Of a DNA stretch of 64,000 nucleotides, positions 20,236 through 30,012 are shown one piece after another. This DNA comes from Planctomycetota bacterium (GTDB lineage Bacteria > Planctomycetota > UBA8108 > SXIK01), in contig OZ244999.1 in NCBI GenBank assembly GCA_965223265.1, forward strand, positions 3,424,001 to 3,488,000. Reading direction: 5' to 3'. The position numbers and the translations under genes were made by a program. The notes under the pieces are model-generated. The model was given only the letters and a program-made list of their open reading frames with translations, did not search any database and was not told the DNA's origin. Position 1 is the first letter of the stretch; each line of letters opens with the position of its first letter.

Positions 20236-20637
20236 CCTTCGGCGAGGAGGTGCGTCAGAGTTCTCTGGCTGGATGTTCACGAATTCGTGCTTCGTCAGTC
20301 CTTGGTTGGGTCGAGGTATAGCATGTTTGCCGATCGGTAGCCAGGAACGTGCTCCGAGGAGAAACACAACGAGTGGCGCCAGGGCTCGCCACTTGAGTGC
20401 TTCGAGTGTGCGACGCACGAGACCGAACATGTATCTGGCTGCACGCTCGATCGTGCGACCTTGACTTCGCTCGGACGCTGGACAAGACTTGGTGCTTCAA
20501 TGAATGACCTTCCGCCGACATCGAAACGTGATTCGAGTGGCGGCTTCTCCGCCCATCCCCTCACTCGATTGCGACAAGCGCGCTTCGCCGATGGCTGGAA
20601 CCAAAGAACGTTCACAAGATTCACCAAGCGGACTTGA

Positions 20638-23600
20638 TTGATGGTTTTCGATTGCATCGCGAGCCGTTGCGACTGCAGCAAGTTGCCTTCTCTTGCCGGT
20701 CCGGTCATCGCACTCTTCACGCTTCTCGTGCTAGGGGACGCGTGCTTTTCCACGGAGACGCCGACCTCGGAAGCAACCATCGAGCGTCAAGTCGAGTGGA
20801 GCACGTCGCGTGTTGTGGGCACCCCAGAGCCGCCCCGGCCGTACGCGGCCGAACGCGTCTTTCCAAACCTGCAGTTCGTCAATCCCGTCGTGGTGACGCA
20901 GCAGCCGAATCTGCAGCGCCTCTTCGTCGTCGAACAGTTGGGGAAAATCTTCAGCTTCCCAAGCGACCGCGATGTCCTGCGCCCGGACCTGGCAGTCGAC
21001 GTCGCGTCGATTGGCGGCGTCACGGCCGTCTACGGTATGGAGTTTCACCCGCGCTTCGCCGACAACCGCTTCGTGTTCATATGCTACGTCAGCCCGCAGC
21101 GAGATCCACATGGGACAAGCGTATCGCGATTCGAGGTGACGGAACTCGATCCACCGCGAATTGATCTGGCGACGGAGCAGCAGATCATCACATGGGTCTC
21201 GGGCGGTCACAATGGCGGCTGTCTGAAGTTCGGCCACGACCGAATGCTCTACATCTCCACTGGAGATGCGACGGCACCGTTTCCGCCAGACGGTTTGAAT
21301 ACGGGGCAGGACAACAGTGACCTTTTGTCGGCAATCCTGCGCATTGATATCGACCGTGCGGCAAGCGGTCGAGCCTACTCAATCCCTGCTGACAACCCTT
21401 TCGTTGCCCTCGAGACCGAACGCGCCGAGGTTTGGGCCTACGGTTTTCGGAATCCCTGGAAGATGAGCTTTGGGCCAAAGGGGCACCTGTGGGTCGGCGA
21501 CGTGGGCTGGGAATTGTGGGAGATGATCTACCGCGTCAAATCTGGTGGAAACTACGGTTGGAGTGTGATGGAAGGTCCGCAGCGTGTGAAGCCAGACGAT
21601 CGCATCGGCCCAACTCCGATTCTTCCTGCGACCGCTGCACACTCGCATACCGAAGCGAGGTCCATCACCGGTGGCATGGTCTATCAGGGGGCGCGCCTGC
21701 CCGAACTACAGCATGCCTACATCTATGCTGACTACGAGACAGGGAAGATCTGGGCGCTGAGCATGGCTGGAGACGAGGTGACCTCGATCGATGAGATCGC
21801 TGACTCGACGCTACGGATCGTCGCGTTCGGTGAAGACTATCGGGGCGAGCTCTTTTTCGCTGCACACCAAGGTGGAGGCCTGTACCGGCTGCGGCGAACC
21901 ACCGTCGACGCCGGTACCCCGACGTTTCCGCAGACTCTCAGCGCGACGGGAATCTTTCGGGCGCTGTCGGATTTGGAACCCGAGAGCGGAGTGTACGAGT
22001 ATCGCCTGAGTGTCGAACCATGGATGAACGGAGCGACGGCGGTACGGCACGTTGCAGTTCCCGGTAGCGCGTCGATCGATGCCAGTTCGCCGCTGACATG
22101 GAGTTTTCCAGCTGGAACCGTTTTGGTGAAAACACTGTCGATGGAAATGGAAGTTGGCAACCCTGCGAGCGCCCGTCGCATCGAGACGCAGCTTCTCCAC
22201 CGCGGGGATGACGCGGAGTGGCGACCGTACACCTATGCGTGGAACGAAAACCAAACGGACGCTCGGCTTGTTCCGGCCAGTGGAGAAAAAGTCGTTCTTC
22301 CAATTGTCGATGCTTCGTCACCGCACGCCTCAACCCCTCGACGCTTCACGTGGCGTTTTCACAACCGGACGCTCTGTCTGATTTGCCACAACACGTTTAG
22401 CCATTCTGTGCTCGGCCTGAACTCTCGTCGACTCAACCGAGATGTCGAGCCCGCAGATCATCGCATCAACCAATTGGAATACTTTCAGCAGGTCGGTCTA
22501 CTGCAGAACGCATACGAGACGAGTCCTGCCTCTGTGGCGACTCTTCCTGACCCCATCGACTCGTCCGTGCCGGTCAGTTTGCGGGCGCGTTCCTACCTGC
22601 ATGCAAACTGCGCCCACTGTCACCGCCGTCATAGCGGCGGGACCTCCGCCGTCGAGCTGCCCTTCGAGACAGATCTCGCGAAGACGCACACTGTCGGCGT
22701 CAGACCCGGGCTCGGGGCATTCGGCATCGACGACGCCGCGATCGTTAGCCCCGGCGATCCTCACCGTTCGACGCTCTTTTACCGATTCGTCACTTCCGGT
22801 GCAGCCCGCATGCCGCGCCTCGGCTCAAGTGTGGTCGACCTGAAAGGAACGGAACTTCTTCATGAATGGATCCGATCGTTGCGCCCTGCCGTCGGCGATG
22901 GCAATTCTGCGCCGAAAGGCGCCGAGGCTGACAACGTCGCCAGCGAATCTCGCGGCAAAGCGTTGATGAAAGAGCGCGATGAGCTCACCAAGATCTTGCG
23001 ACAGGCTTCCGAGGATGAGCGTCAACGTGTCATCGCGCGCCTTCTCGCAACGACCAGTGATGCTCTCCGACTGGTACTCCTGATCGATACCGGCGTGGTC
23101 GAAGCGACGATCGCGGACGAGATCGTTCAGCGTGGACTGGAAGCTGAAAGCGCGTACGTCCGCGCGCTCTTCGAACGTTTTCTTCCTGAAGAAGCCCAGG
23201 TCGACCGGTTGGGTGAGTCGTTCGAGATGGAGGAAGTGTTGTCGCTCATCGGCGACGTCGATCGCGGGGCGAAGCTCTTTCGTGGTGAGGGGGCGGCGCG
23301 CTGCGGGGACTGCCACAAGGTGCACGGAAGTGGACAAGACGTGGGGCCGGATCTGACAGAGATCTCTAAAAAATATTCTGCACGAGAACTTCTCGAGAGC
23401 ATCGTCGACCCGTCAAAGAAGATCGAGCCGGCGTACGTCTCTTACGTGTTGATCACGACAGGCGGCACGGTCGTCACGGGGCTCCTCCTCGAACGCAACG
23501 ACAAGCGGGTCGTGCTCAAGGAGAGCAACGGAGAGGTCGTGGAAGTTGTCGCCACCGACGTTCAGGCGTTGTCACCGCAGCAGGTGTCACTCATGCCGGA

Positions 23601-23712
23601 GATGCTGCTTCGGGACATGACAGCGCAGCAGGCGGCAGACCTCCTGGCTTTCTTGCTGGCGACGACGAACACGGGGGTCCAGAGTGCCGCGCCGGATGCC
23701 GGTGGCCGTTGA
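20638..23712 (+). CDS. PQQ-dependent sugar dehydrogenase (GSDH) fused to cytochrome c domains
   Basis: HNGG, AYGFRNPW, GDVG, GGNYGW; CxxCH motifs CLICH, CAHCH and CGDCH; start uncertain. Confidence 0.85.
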   Translation: MMVFDCIASRCDCSKLPSLAGPVIALFTLLVLGDACFSTETPTSEATIERQVEWSTSRVVGTPEPPRPYAAERVFPNLQFVNPVVVTQQPNLQRLFVVEQLGKIFSFPSDRDVLRPDLAVDVASIGGVTAVYGMEFHPRFADNRFVFICYVSPQRDPHGTSVSRFEVTELDPPRIDLATEQQIITWVSGGHNGGCLKFGHDRMLYISTGDATAPFPPDGLNTGQDNSDLLSAILRIDIDRAASGRAYSIPADNPFVALETERAEVWAYGFRNPWKMSFGPKGHLWVGDVGWELWEMIYRVKSGGNYGWSVMEGPQRVKPDDRIGPTPILPATAAHSHTEARSITGGMVYQGARLPELQHAYIYADYETGKIWALSMAGDEVTSIDEIADSTLRIVAFGEDYRGELFFAAHQGGGLYRLRRTTVDAGTPTFPQTLSATGIFRALSDLEPESGVYEYRLSVEPWMNGATAVRHVAVPGSASIDASSPLTWSFPAGTVLVKTLSMEMEVGNPASARRIETQLLHRGDDAEWRPYTYAWNENQTDARLVPASGEKVVLPIVDASSPHASTPRRFTWRFHNRTLCLICHNTFSHSVLGLNSRRLNRDVEPADHRINQLEYFQQVGLLQNAYETSPASVATLPDPIDSSVPVSLRARSYLHANCAHCHRRHSGGTSAVELPFETDLAKTHTVGVRPGLGAFGIDDAAIVSPGDPHRSTLFYRFVTSGAARMPRLGSSVVDLKGTELLHEWIRSLRPAVGDGNSAPKGAEADNVASESRGKALMKERDELTKILRQASEDERQRVIARLLATTSDALRLVLLIDTGVVEATIADEIVQRGLEAESAYVRALFERFLPEEAQVDRLGESFEMEEVLSLIGDVDRGAKLFRGEGAARCGDCHKVHGSGQDVGPDLTEISKKYSARELLESIVDPSKKIEPAYVSYVLITTGGTVVTGLLLERNDKRVVLKESNGEVVEVVATDVQALSPQQVSLMPEMLLRDMTAQQAADLLAFLLATTNTGVQSAAPDAGGR

Positions 23713-23746
23713 GCGTATCCGGACCGAGCTTATTCTCGGTGAGCGT

Positions 23747-25606
23747 TCACCGCTCGCTGATCGTAACAAGCGCCTCTGTCACCGGGCCATAGTCTCGGGC
23801 GTCTACCGAGACCTGAGCGGTTAACAAGTGGCGCCGATTGAGTCGATTGCTCGTGGCTGCAGCGATAGAGAAAGTGACCTCACCTTTTGCTTCTGGCTCC
23901 AACGTGATCTGTGCGCTCCGAGGTCGACAAGAAAACTCCAGCTCGCCACCTCTCAGATAGAGATTGAAGGTCGCGGTCCGGTCGAACGAGTTTCGCAATT
24001 CGACGGTGACCGGCATCTCGGTTCCAGCCGAGTCGAGACTTATCTGATAGGGGAGAATGCGTGCCCAGAACAGATCGATTCCGAGATCTGCAGGTTCCGG
24101 AAGGAGCTTTCGCCAGAGCGACTCCTTCTTCTCGATATAGCCTCGATGTTCAGCGAACGCTTCGTCGGGGATCTTCCAGTAGGGGCCGTGACCCGGGCAG
24201 AGGAGGTCTGGTCGTAGGCGATCAAATTCGTCGGCGCACTTTCGATGCATCGACAGCGTTAAAGAGTTGCGCAGAACGGTGTTGACCATCCACTCACGTT
24301 GACGATCCGGTAGATAGCGCTTGAGTGGATAACTGCTGTCACCACTGAATAACACCCTGCGCCCATCGATCTCACCGAGGATCGCCGCATGGAACTCGGT
24401 TTGCCCAGGGTAGAAGACAATCTCTAGCGGAAACTCTTCCCATGTGAAAGAATCGCCGTCTTGAAAACGTCGATCGATACGAATCGGATCGGGAAAAAGG
24501 CAGGGCGTATTCCAACGCTCCGGAGATTCGAGCACCTTGGCGACATCCTCAAGTGCCCAGCACTGCGTGTTGTGGTGTCGTTGAAGGTGGGGTATGCCGC
24601 ACACGTGATCGTCGTGAATGTGAGTAGGAATGACGAGGTCGAAGCTTGAGATGCCCCAGCGCTCGCGTAGTTCATCCAAATGATGTTCTATGAAGCGGAG
24701 CGTCGCGAACGGCTCCGGCGAGTGCAGTGCCGTCATAAACGTAGTGTGAGACGGATGGGGGTAGTCGATAAAGAGGGCTCGTCCTGTGTCGGACTTGATT
24801 ACGTAGAAGTTCGAGCACGTCTCACCGCTTCCCCATAGCAGGTGAGGCGAGATCTCCTCCATTTCGATCTCATGTGCGAAGCGGTGTCCGACTCGGTCGG
24901 TTTGCAAGTCCATGAGTTCGTGCAGTCGCGCGTCGAGAAGATCGATGCAGGGTTTGGGGTCGTCGATCAGCGGCCCGTGTGACGGCAAAACGATCTCAGG
25001 TTCCTCTTTTTTCAGTGCTTGGAGCGACTGTGCCACCCAGTTTGCACCGACGATGTCGCCGTATTCGTACTCAAGTGCGTGGAGTTGGTAGAGCTTGCCG
25101 CCGGCGTGCAGGAGGTCCCCGGTGAAGGCCACGCGACGACCGTCAACGGCGCCCACCAGTGACACGCTGCCGAGGGTGTGGCCTGGAGTCGGGAGAACGA
25201 AGAACTCGTACGTCCCCCAGTCGAATTTCTCATAGTCGAGAAGCGACGCTTGAACGGGCACGCTCTCCCCGAGAGAGAAGAACGTGCTGCGGTCGTTGTA
25301 GTTGTCGTAGATCCGTTTCTGCTGCCAATAGTCACTGGCGTTCTCGAAGAGATAGCGTTCGTGCTGCGGTACGGCGAGCCGGGCCCCCTTGCTAGCGAGC
25401 TCGCCGGCGCCGGAGCATTGGTCACGGTGGTGATGTGTGAACAGCACCCAGTCGATACTTGCGACTCCAGCAGTCGAGGCGAGCGACTCGATGTGGCCGC
25501 TGCCGCAATCGATGACGAGCCCACGCGTTCCGTCGCGAACGAGGTAGGAATTGCAGGTATCTTCGTAGACGAAGAGGTTGGGTAGAATCTGTCTCAGGTT
25601 GGACAT
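23747..25606 (-). CDS. Tandem MBL-fold metallo-hydrolase
   Basis: THHHRDQ...TPGHT...FTGD...PSHG and THIHDDH...FSGD...PGHG. Confidence 0.85.
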   Translation of the reverse strand: MSNLRQILPNLFVYEDTCNSYLVRDGTRGLVIDCGSGHIESLASTAGVASIDWVLFTHHHRDQCSGAGELASKGARLAVPQHERYLFENASDYWQQKRIYDNYNDRSTFFSLGESVPVQASLLDYEKFDWGTYEFFVLPTPGHTLGSVSLVGAVDGRRVAFTGDLLHAGGKLYQLHALEYEYGDIVGANWVAQSLQALKKEEPEIVLPSHGPLIDDPKPCIDLLDARLHELMDLQTDRVGHRFAHEIEMEEISPHLLWGSGETCSNFYVIKSDTGRALFIDYPHPSHTTFMTALHSPEPFATLRFIEHHLDELRERWGISSFDLVIPTHIHDDHVCGIPHLQRHHNTQCWALEDVAKVLESPERWNTPCLFPDPIRIDRRFQDGDSFTWEEFPLEIVFYPGQTEFHAAILGEIDGRRVLFSGDSSYPLKRYLPDRQREWMVNTVLRNSLTLSMHRKCADEFDRLRPDLLCPGHGPYWKIPDEAFAEHRGYIEKKESLWRKLLPEPADLGIDLFWARILPYQISLDSAGTEMPVTVELRNSFDRTATFNLYLRGGELEFSCRPRSAQITLEPEAKGEVTFSIAAATSNRLNRRHLLTAQVSVDARDYGPVTEALVTISER

Positions 25607-25658
25607 CGAATCATTCCCGAACTGATTGCATTGAGGCAGGCGCGACTGCCGGAAGCAT

Positions 25659-26438
25659 CTACGTTCCGGCTCGTCGCCATCGATCAAAAGCTCCGGCAGT
25701 CTCACGCATACCGTTTGCGAGGAGGCCACCATCGGAGCCACACGCGATGAAGGTGAACCCTTCGTCGATGTAGCGCCCGATATCGGCCGGTTGGGCAACC
25801 AAGATTCCAGCCGCCTTCCCGGTAGCTCCACAAGCGGCAACGACGCGTCTGGTCGCCGCGCGAAAATCCGGGTGATCGAAGTTCGAGCGCTGGCCAAGTG
25901 CGACGCTCAGATCAAGCGGCCCGACGAAAAGGCAGTCGATGCGCTCAACAGCTGCGATCTCTTCTGCATTTTCGACGCCGTCGACGGTCTCAATCTGAGC
26001 CACCAGGAGCAGGTTGTCATTGACCGTGGTGAAGTAGTTGTCGAAATCGGATCCGAACGTTGAGGCGCGGGTAAAACGCGCCACTCCGCGCTGTCCGTTC
26101 GGTGGATAGAGAGCCGTAGTGACGACCTTTTCCGCCTCCCCAGCTGTGCTAACAAACGGCACCATAAGCCCGGCGGGCCCCAGATCGAGGATGCGCTTGA
26201 ACGTCGCCGCAGAGCATTCGGGGACGCGTACGATCGGGCTCGCGTTGCTAGCCTGAACTGCCTGCAACTGCTGCACGAGCTGCTGGCGGCCTCCGAGTCC
26301 GTGTTCTAGATCGAAGAGGAGCCAGTCAAATCCTGCTTGAGAGCTGATTTCGGCGACGGCGCTTGAGCCAAGGCCGAGGAACGTGCCGGCGAGCACGCGC
26401 GACTCGAGCGCCGCCTGTCGAATCCATGGAATCGTCAT
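25659..26438 (-). CDS. HpcH/HpaI aldolase family
   Basis: FDLEHG, YPPNGQRG, QIET, FVGPLDLS. Confidence 0.92.
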   Translation of the reverse strand: MTIPWIRQAALESRVLAGTFLGLGSSAVAEISSQAGFDWLLFDLEHGLGGRQQLVQQLQAVQASNASPIVRVPECSAATFKRILDLGPAGLMVPFVSTAGEAEKVVTTALYPPNGQRGVARFTRASTFGSDFDNYFTTVNDNLLLVAQIETVDGVENAEEIAAVERIDCLFVGPLDLSVALGQRSNFDHPDFRAATRRVVAACGATGKAAGILVAQPADIGRYIDEGFTFIACGSDGGLLANGMRETAGAFDRWRRAGT

Positions 26439-26461
26439 GTTCTGTGCTTCGCCACCGCGCC

Positions 26462-27829
26462 CTATTGACTTCTATGAGAAGGAGCTTTCGTCGGGGTGCT
26501 CGGTCTCGGCCCCCCCGGTTCGATCCATTTCGGCTCGGGCATATCCTCGGTAATGATCTTCCACGTTGCACCCATTTCGCGTACCGCGCGGAAGTCCTTC
26601 GGTCGATACGAGAAGTGAAGCTGCGGCGTCTGAATGACTGCTCCGCCGCGATGTCTCGACTCCATCATGGCGTCGAGCATACCGGTCACGAGGAGGGTCC
26701 GCTCGGCTGGGTAAGGGGCCTCGCCGGTGACGATGTGCAGCTGAATCGCCCGCGAGAGTGCTTTGAACAGGTTTCGATTACGCCATGGTCCGACGTAGTA
26801 GCTCGTGGCGAGTGGGTTCGTTTGTCCTTCAACGTAGCACGCAAAGTTCCAACGAAAATCATTGCTACCGATGCGGATGACCGTCGCCTGCAAGCCATCA
26901 CGGTAAGTGACGATCGTGGCATGCGAAGGGCGAGCCGAACCGTCAAGCGGCTCGACGAACTTGCGCAGCGGGCGTGCCTCGCCGAGCTCGGCGAGCATTG
27001 CCGCTTCAGCTAGTTCGAAAGACCAGCGCCCGTTGTCCGCCGCCTCCCAGACGGCGTCGCCTTCGAGGAACTCGACTTTCTCCACACCAGTCTCACCGCC
27101 GGCGCGAAACTCGATCAGCGACTGTAGAACCTCCATGATGTGAAAGTCATAGATTTCCAAGGGGCCACCGTGGATCGCCACGGCTTCCTTCAATTTCGCT
27201 CCGCTCGGGATGTCGATAGGGGGGCGTCGCTGCGCGAGCGGCACCGAACTACCCGCAAGAAGTGGCGCGTTGTGGCGCTTGGCCGCTTCGACCATCTCTT
27301 TGGCCCAGTCCCAGCGATACGAAAGGTGCTTGTCGTTGAAGACCGGGACGGACCGCCCGCTTCTGTCGAATACGGCGATGATTTCGTCGAAGAATCGTTT
27401 CCTTGGGTAGAGGATCTGTCCCTTTTCGTTGCGTGGGTAGTTGCCAAACTCGGCGATCGAGAGCACGCCGTCGACGGCAAGTGTGTCACCACCGAGACAG
27501 AGAGCCGCCTCAATCGTCGGATAGATCGTGATGCCGTACTCCCTAGCTACGCGCCCCGACATATCGCCGCTTTCAGGATTCTGATCAACGTAGAAGCTCA
27601 CGACGTCAACGCCAGGGTCTGTGAGCTCGCCGTTAAAGTAGTAGTGCTCGAGGAAGTTCTCGAGGATGACGTGGGCGTGCGATCGATAGGTGAACTCAGT
27701 GATCAACGCCGCCACCTTCGGACGAGAGGCGTCGGCAGCGAGTGGGCTTGTGAGGAGAAAGAGAGTAAGCACCCAGAGCGAGCTGCACTGAAGCGTGCGT
27801 CGGTAGACGTCTGGTTGAAAGTGATTCAT
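26462..27829 (-). CDS. Conserved exported hypothetical protein (Gfo/Idh/MocA-like N-terminus)
   Basis: Signal peptide; DGVLSIAEFGNYP, VFNDKHLS, LAGSS, YDFH motifs. Confidence 0.6.
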   Translation of the reverse strand: MNHFQPDVYRRTLQCSSLWVLTLFLLTSPLAADASRPKVAALITEFTYRSHAHVILENFLEHYYFNGELTDPGVDVVSFYVDQNPESGDMSGRVAREYGITIYPTIEAALCLGGDTLAVDGVLSIAEFGNYPRNEKGQILYPRKRFFDEIIAVFDRSGRSVPVFNDKHLSYRWDWAKEMVEAAKRHNAPLLAGSSVPLAQRRPPIDIPSGAKLKEAVAIHGGPLEIYDFHIMEVLQSLIEFRAGGETGVEKVEFLEGDAVWEAADNGRWSFELAEAAMLAELGEARPLRKFVEPLDGSARPSHATIVTYRDGLQATVIRIGSNDFRWNFACYVEGQTNPLATSYYVGPWRNRNLFKALSRAIQLHIVTGEAPYPAERTLLVTGMLDAMMESRHRGGAVIQTPQLHFSYRPKDFRAVREMGATWKIITEDMPEPKWIEPGGPRPSTPTKAPSHRSQ

Positions 27830-27851
27830 GTTTCGTGGTGATCCGTGGCTG

Positions 27852-28035
27852 AACAGTCCGTTGAGAAAATGCTTCGAGCCGAAAACTGGTCTCTTCGCGT
27901 CCAGATCGGCCGCGTCAAACGCAGGCAATCTTCGCGCCCTCTTCTTTCGATTCTGATGGCGAGTATTGACGCGGCCCGTCTGGGCGTGAAGAGGTCAGTT
28001 TCCTCGGCCGAATGACTTTTTCAATGGGCTGTCAA
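27852..28035 (+). mobile_element. MITE-A copy 2
   Basis: Same arms as copy 1 (GCTTCGAGCCGAAAACTGGTCTCTTCGCGTCCAGATCGGCCGCG...GAATGACTTTTTCAATGGGCTG) with a longer centre. Confidence 0.85.
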
Positions 28036-28288
28036 CTCGAGTTTGGCCATTTCGCGTCGAGCCTGCGAACGCCAGGAGCGTCGAGGCCAAGGAGCGACGA
28101 CAACGCGATCCCGCTCGGGTCGTGGCGGAGGAGCGACGCAGGCATCGGCGCTCCTGGCGTTCCCCGAAGGGCCGGACAGGAGTTTTTGAACATGCACAAG
28201 GGTTCTCAGGGTACTAAAAAGTCGAAAGGGCCTTTGAATTCCCGCGAAACTCGTCCGGCCAGGCCGGCGCGAAATGGCCAAACTCGAG
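28036..28288. mobile_element. MITE-B: non-autonomous 253-bp element with IS701-type ends
   Basis: Perfect 21-bp TIR CTCGAGTTTGGCCATTTCGCG; 5-bp TSD GTCAA (28031-35 / 28289-93); first 15 bp identical to the IS at 52018. Confidence 0.9.
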
Positions 28289-28403
28289 GTCAAGTCAAAA
28301 GCGGTGCCTCGACGGCGACGACCAGGGGGCGCTACACCCACCATGGGAACTGAGGTGCACGTCCATGATGCTGTTCCCCATCATGGGTAACCCACAAACG
28401 CGT

Positions 28404-29723
28404 TCACGACAAAACTGGATTCAGGGCGCTGCGACCCATGCCGGCGTAGGCAAACCCTAGGCTCTTGATCTGTTCTGGGGTGTAAATGTTACGGCAATCG
28501 ATCATGTTCGGGTCGCGCATGAGGTCTTTAACACGGTTGAGATCGAGATTGCGAAACACATCCCATTCCGTCATGACGACGACAGCGTCGGCGTCTCGCA
28601 CCGCATCATACGGGGTTTGGGCGTATGAGATCGAGTCGCCGAACACCCCTTGAGTGTTCTCCACAGCCTCGGGATCGTATGCCGTGACCGAGGCCCCTTC
28701 TTCCAGCAACTGCTCGATGAGCGTGAGAGAGGCGGACTCGCGGATGTCGTCCGTCCTCGGCTTGAACGCCAGTCCCCAAACCGCAATCTGTTTGCCGTTC
28801 AACTCAGGTAGGAATCGTTGAATGCGCGCCAGATGAGATTTCTTGTGATGCTCGTTGACCTGATCGATGGCGCGGAACAGCGTTGCGCTGACCTGGTGAC
28901 TCTCCAGCGTGTCGATGAGGGATCGAACGTCCTTTGGGAAACAGGAACCTCCGTAACCCGGCGACGCCTGCAAGAATCGTGACCCTATGCGCGTGTCGAG
29001 TCCGATCCCGGTCGCGATATCCTTAATATCTGCACCGATTTTTTCGCAGAGCCCGGTGAGCGCGTTCATGAACGAGATGCGGCAGGCGAGCATAGCATTC
29101 GCCGCGTACTTGATGAGCTCGGCAGTCTCGCAATTCATGAAAAGAATAGGGCGATTCACGCGGGAGTGTGAGGAATAGAGCCGCCGCATGACCTCCTTCG
29201 CGCGCTCACTTTCCGCGCCAATGACGATGCGGTCCGGGTTTTGAAAGTCCTTTATGGCAGCGCCTTCTTTCAAGAACTCCGGATTCGAGATCACCTCGAA
29301 CTCAACGTCTGTTAATTTGCTCAGCTCACGTGTTAAACGCCGAGCCGTACCAACGGGCACGGTGCTTTTGTCCACGATTAATGTGAAATCGTCGATGTGC
29401 TGCACGACTGACTCGGCCGCCTGAAAGACATAGGACATTTCCGCCTTGCCGGAGCTTCGCTGCGGCGTACCGACGCAGATAAAGACGACCTGCCGGCCTG
29501 GAATCGCGTCTGCGAGTTGCGTTGTGAACGTCAGTCGTCCCTCGGAGACGTTGCGTTGGATCAGCTCCGCGAGACCAGGTTCGTAGATCGGCACCTTGCC
29601 GTCGTTCAGCTGGGCAATCTTCTCGGCGTCGATGTCCAAGCAGGTGACGTCGTTGCCGAGATCGGCAAAGCACGCTCCCGTCACGAGTCCTACGTATCCT
29701 GTACCAACGATCGCGACCCTCAT
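28404..29723 (-). CDS. ugd: UDP-glucose 6-dehydrogenase
   Basis: GTGYVG, KSTVPVG, SNPEFLKEG, GYGGSCFPKD, GLAFKP.TDD.RES. Confidence 0.95.
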   Translation of the reverse strand: MRVAIVGTGYVGLVTGACFADLGNDVTCLDIDAEKIAQLNDGKVPIYEPGLAELIQRNVSEGRLTFTTQLADAIPGRQVVFICVGTPQRSSGKAEMSYVFQAAESVVQHIDDFTLIVDKSTVPVGTARRLTRELSKLTDVEFEVISNPEFLKEGAAIKDFQNPDRIVIGAESERAKEVMRRLYSSHSRVNRPILFMNCETAELIKYAANAMLACRISFMNALTGLCEKIGADIKDIATGIGLDTRIGSRFLQASPGYGGSCFPKDVRSLIDTLESHQVSATLFRAIDQVNEHHKKSHLARIQRFLPELNGKQIAVWGLAFKPRTDDIRESASLTLIEQLLEEGASVTAYDPEAVENTQGVFGDSISYAQTPYDAVRDADAVVVMTEWDVFRNLDLNRVKDLMRDPNMIDCRNIYTPEQIKSLGFAYAGMGRSALNPVLS

Positions 29724-30012
29724 TGGTGAGCTCCTCTGATGTCGAAAGTTGTCACGCCGCTCGCGAGACTTTCGCGACGACGGGGTCTACAAATGTGCTT
29801 TTTTAACCAATGCTGCAAAAACAACGCTCCGCCATTGTTCCCATTGACGCCTCTTCCGCCAACGAAATATGGACTGAAGGCACGCATGTGCGGGGCTGCC
29901 CCGTGCGGGAGCGGGCTCCTTTGCTCGAATGTCGACGTCGCGGCCAGCCATGCCACCCGCGCGTCAGCGTGGGGGTCGTCCGTTCGCCCATGCACTGCGG
30001 CTCCATCACACG

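Noticed and set aside
27830-27928. N-terminal extension MPAFDAADLDAKRPVFGSKHFLNGL and similar short ORFs at 7835, 51851, 51969, 58909 and 59186
   Set aside because: These are translations of MITE-A sequence, not a protein family.
29822-29833. ops-like GGCGGAGCGTTG upstream of ugd on the minus strand
   Set aside because: Lacks the conserved T of GGCGGTAG, and ugd is not in a long operon here.
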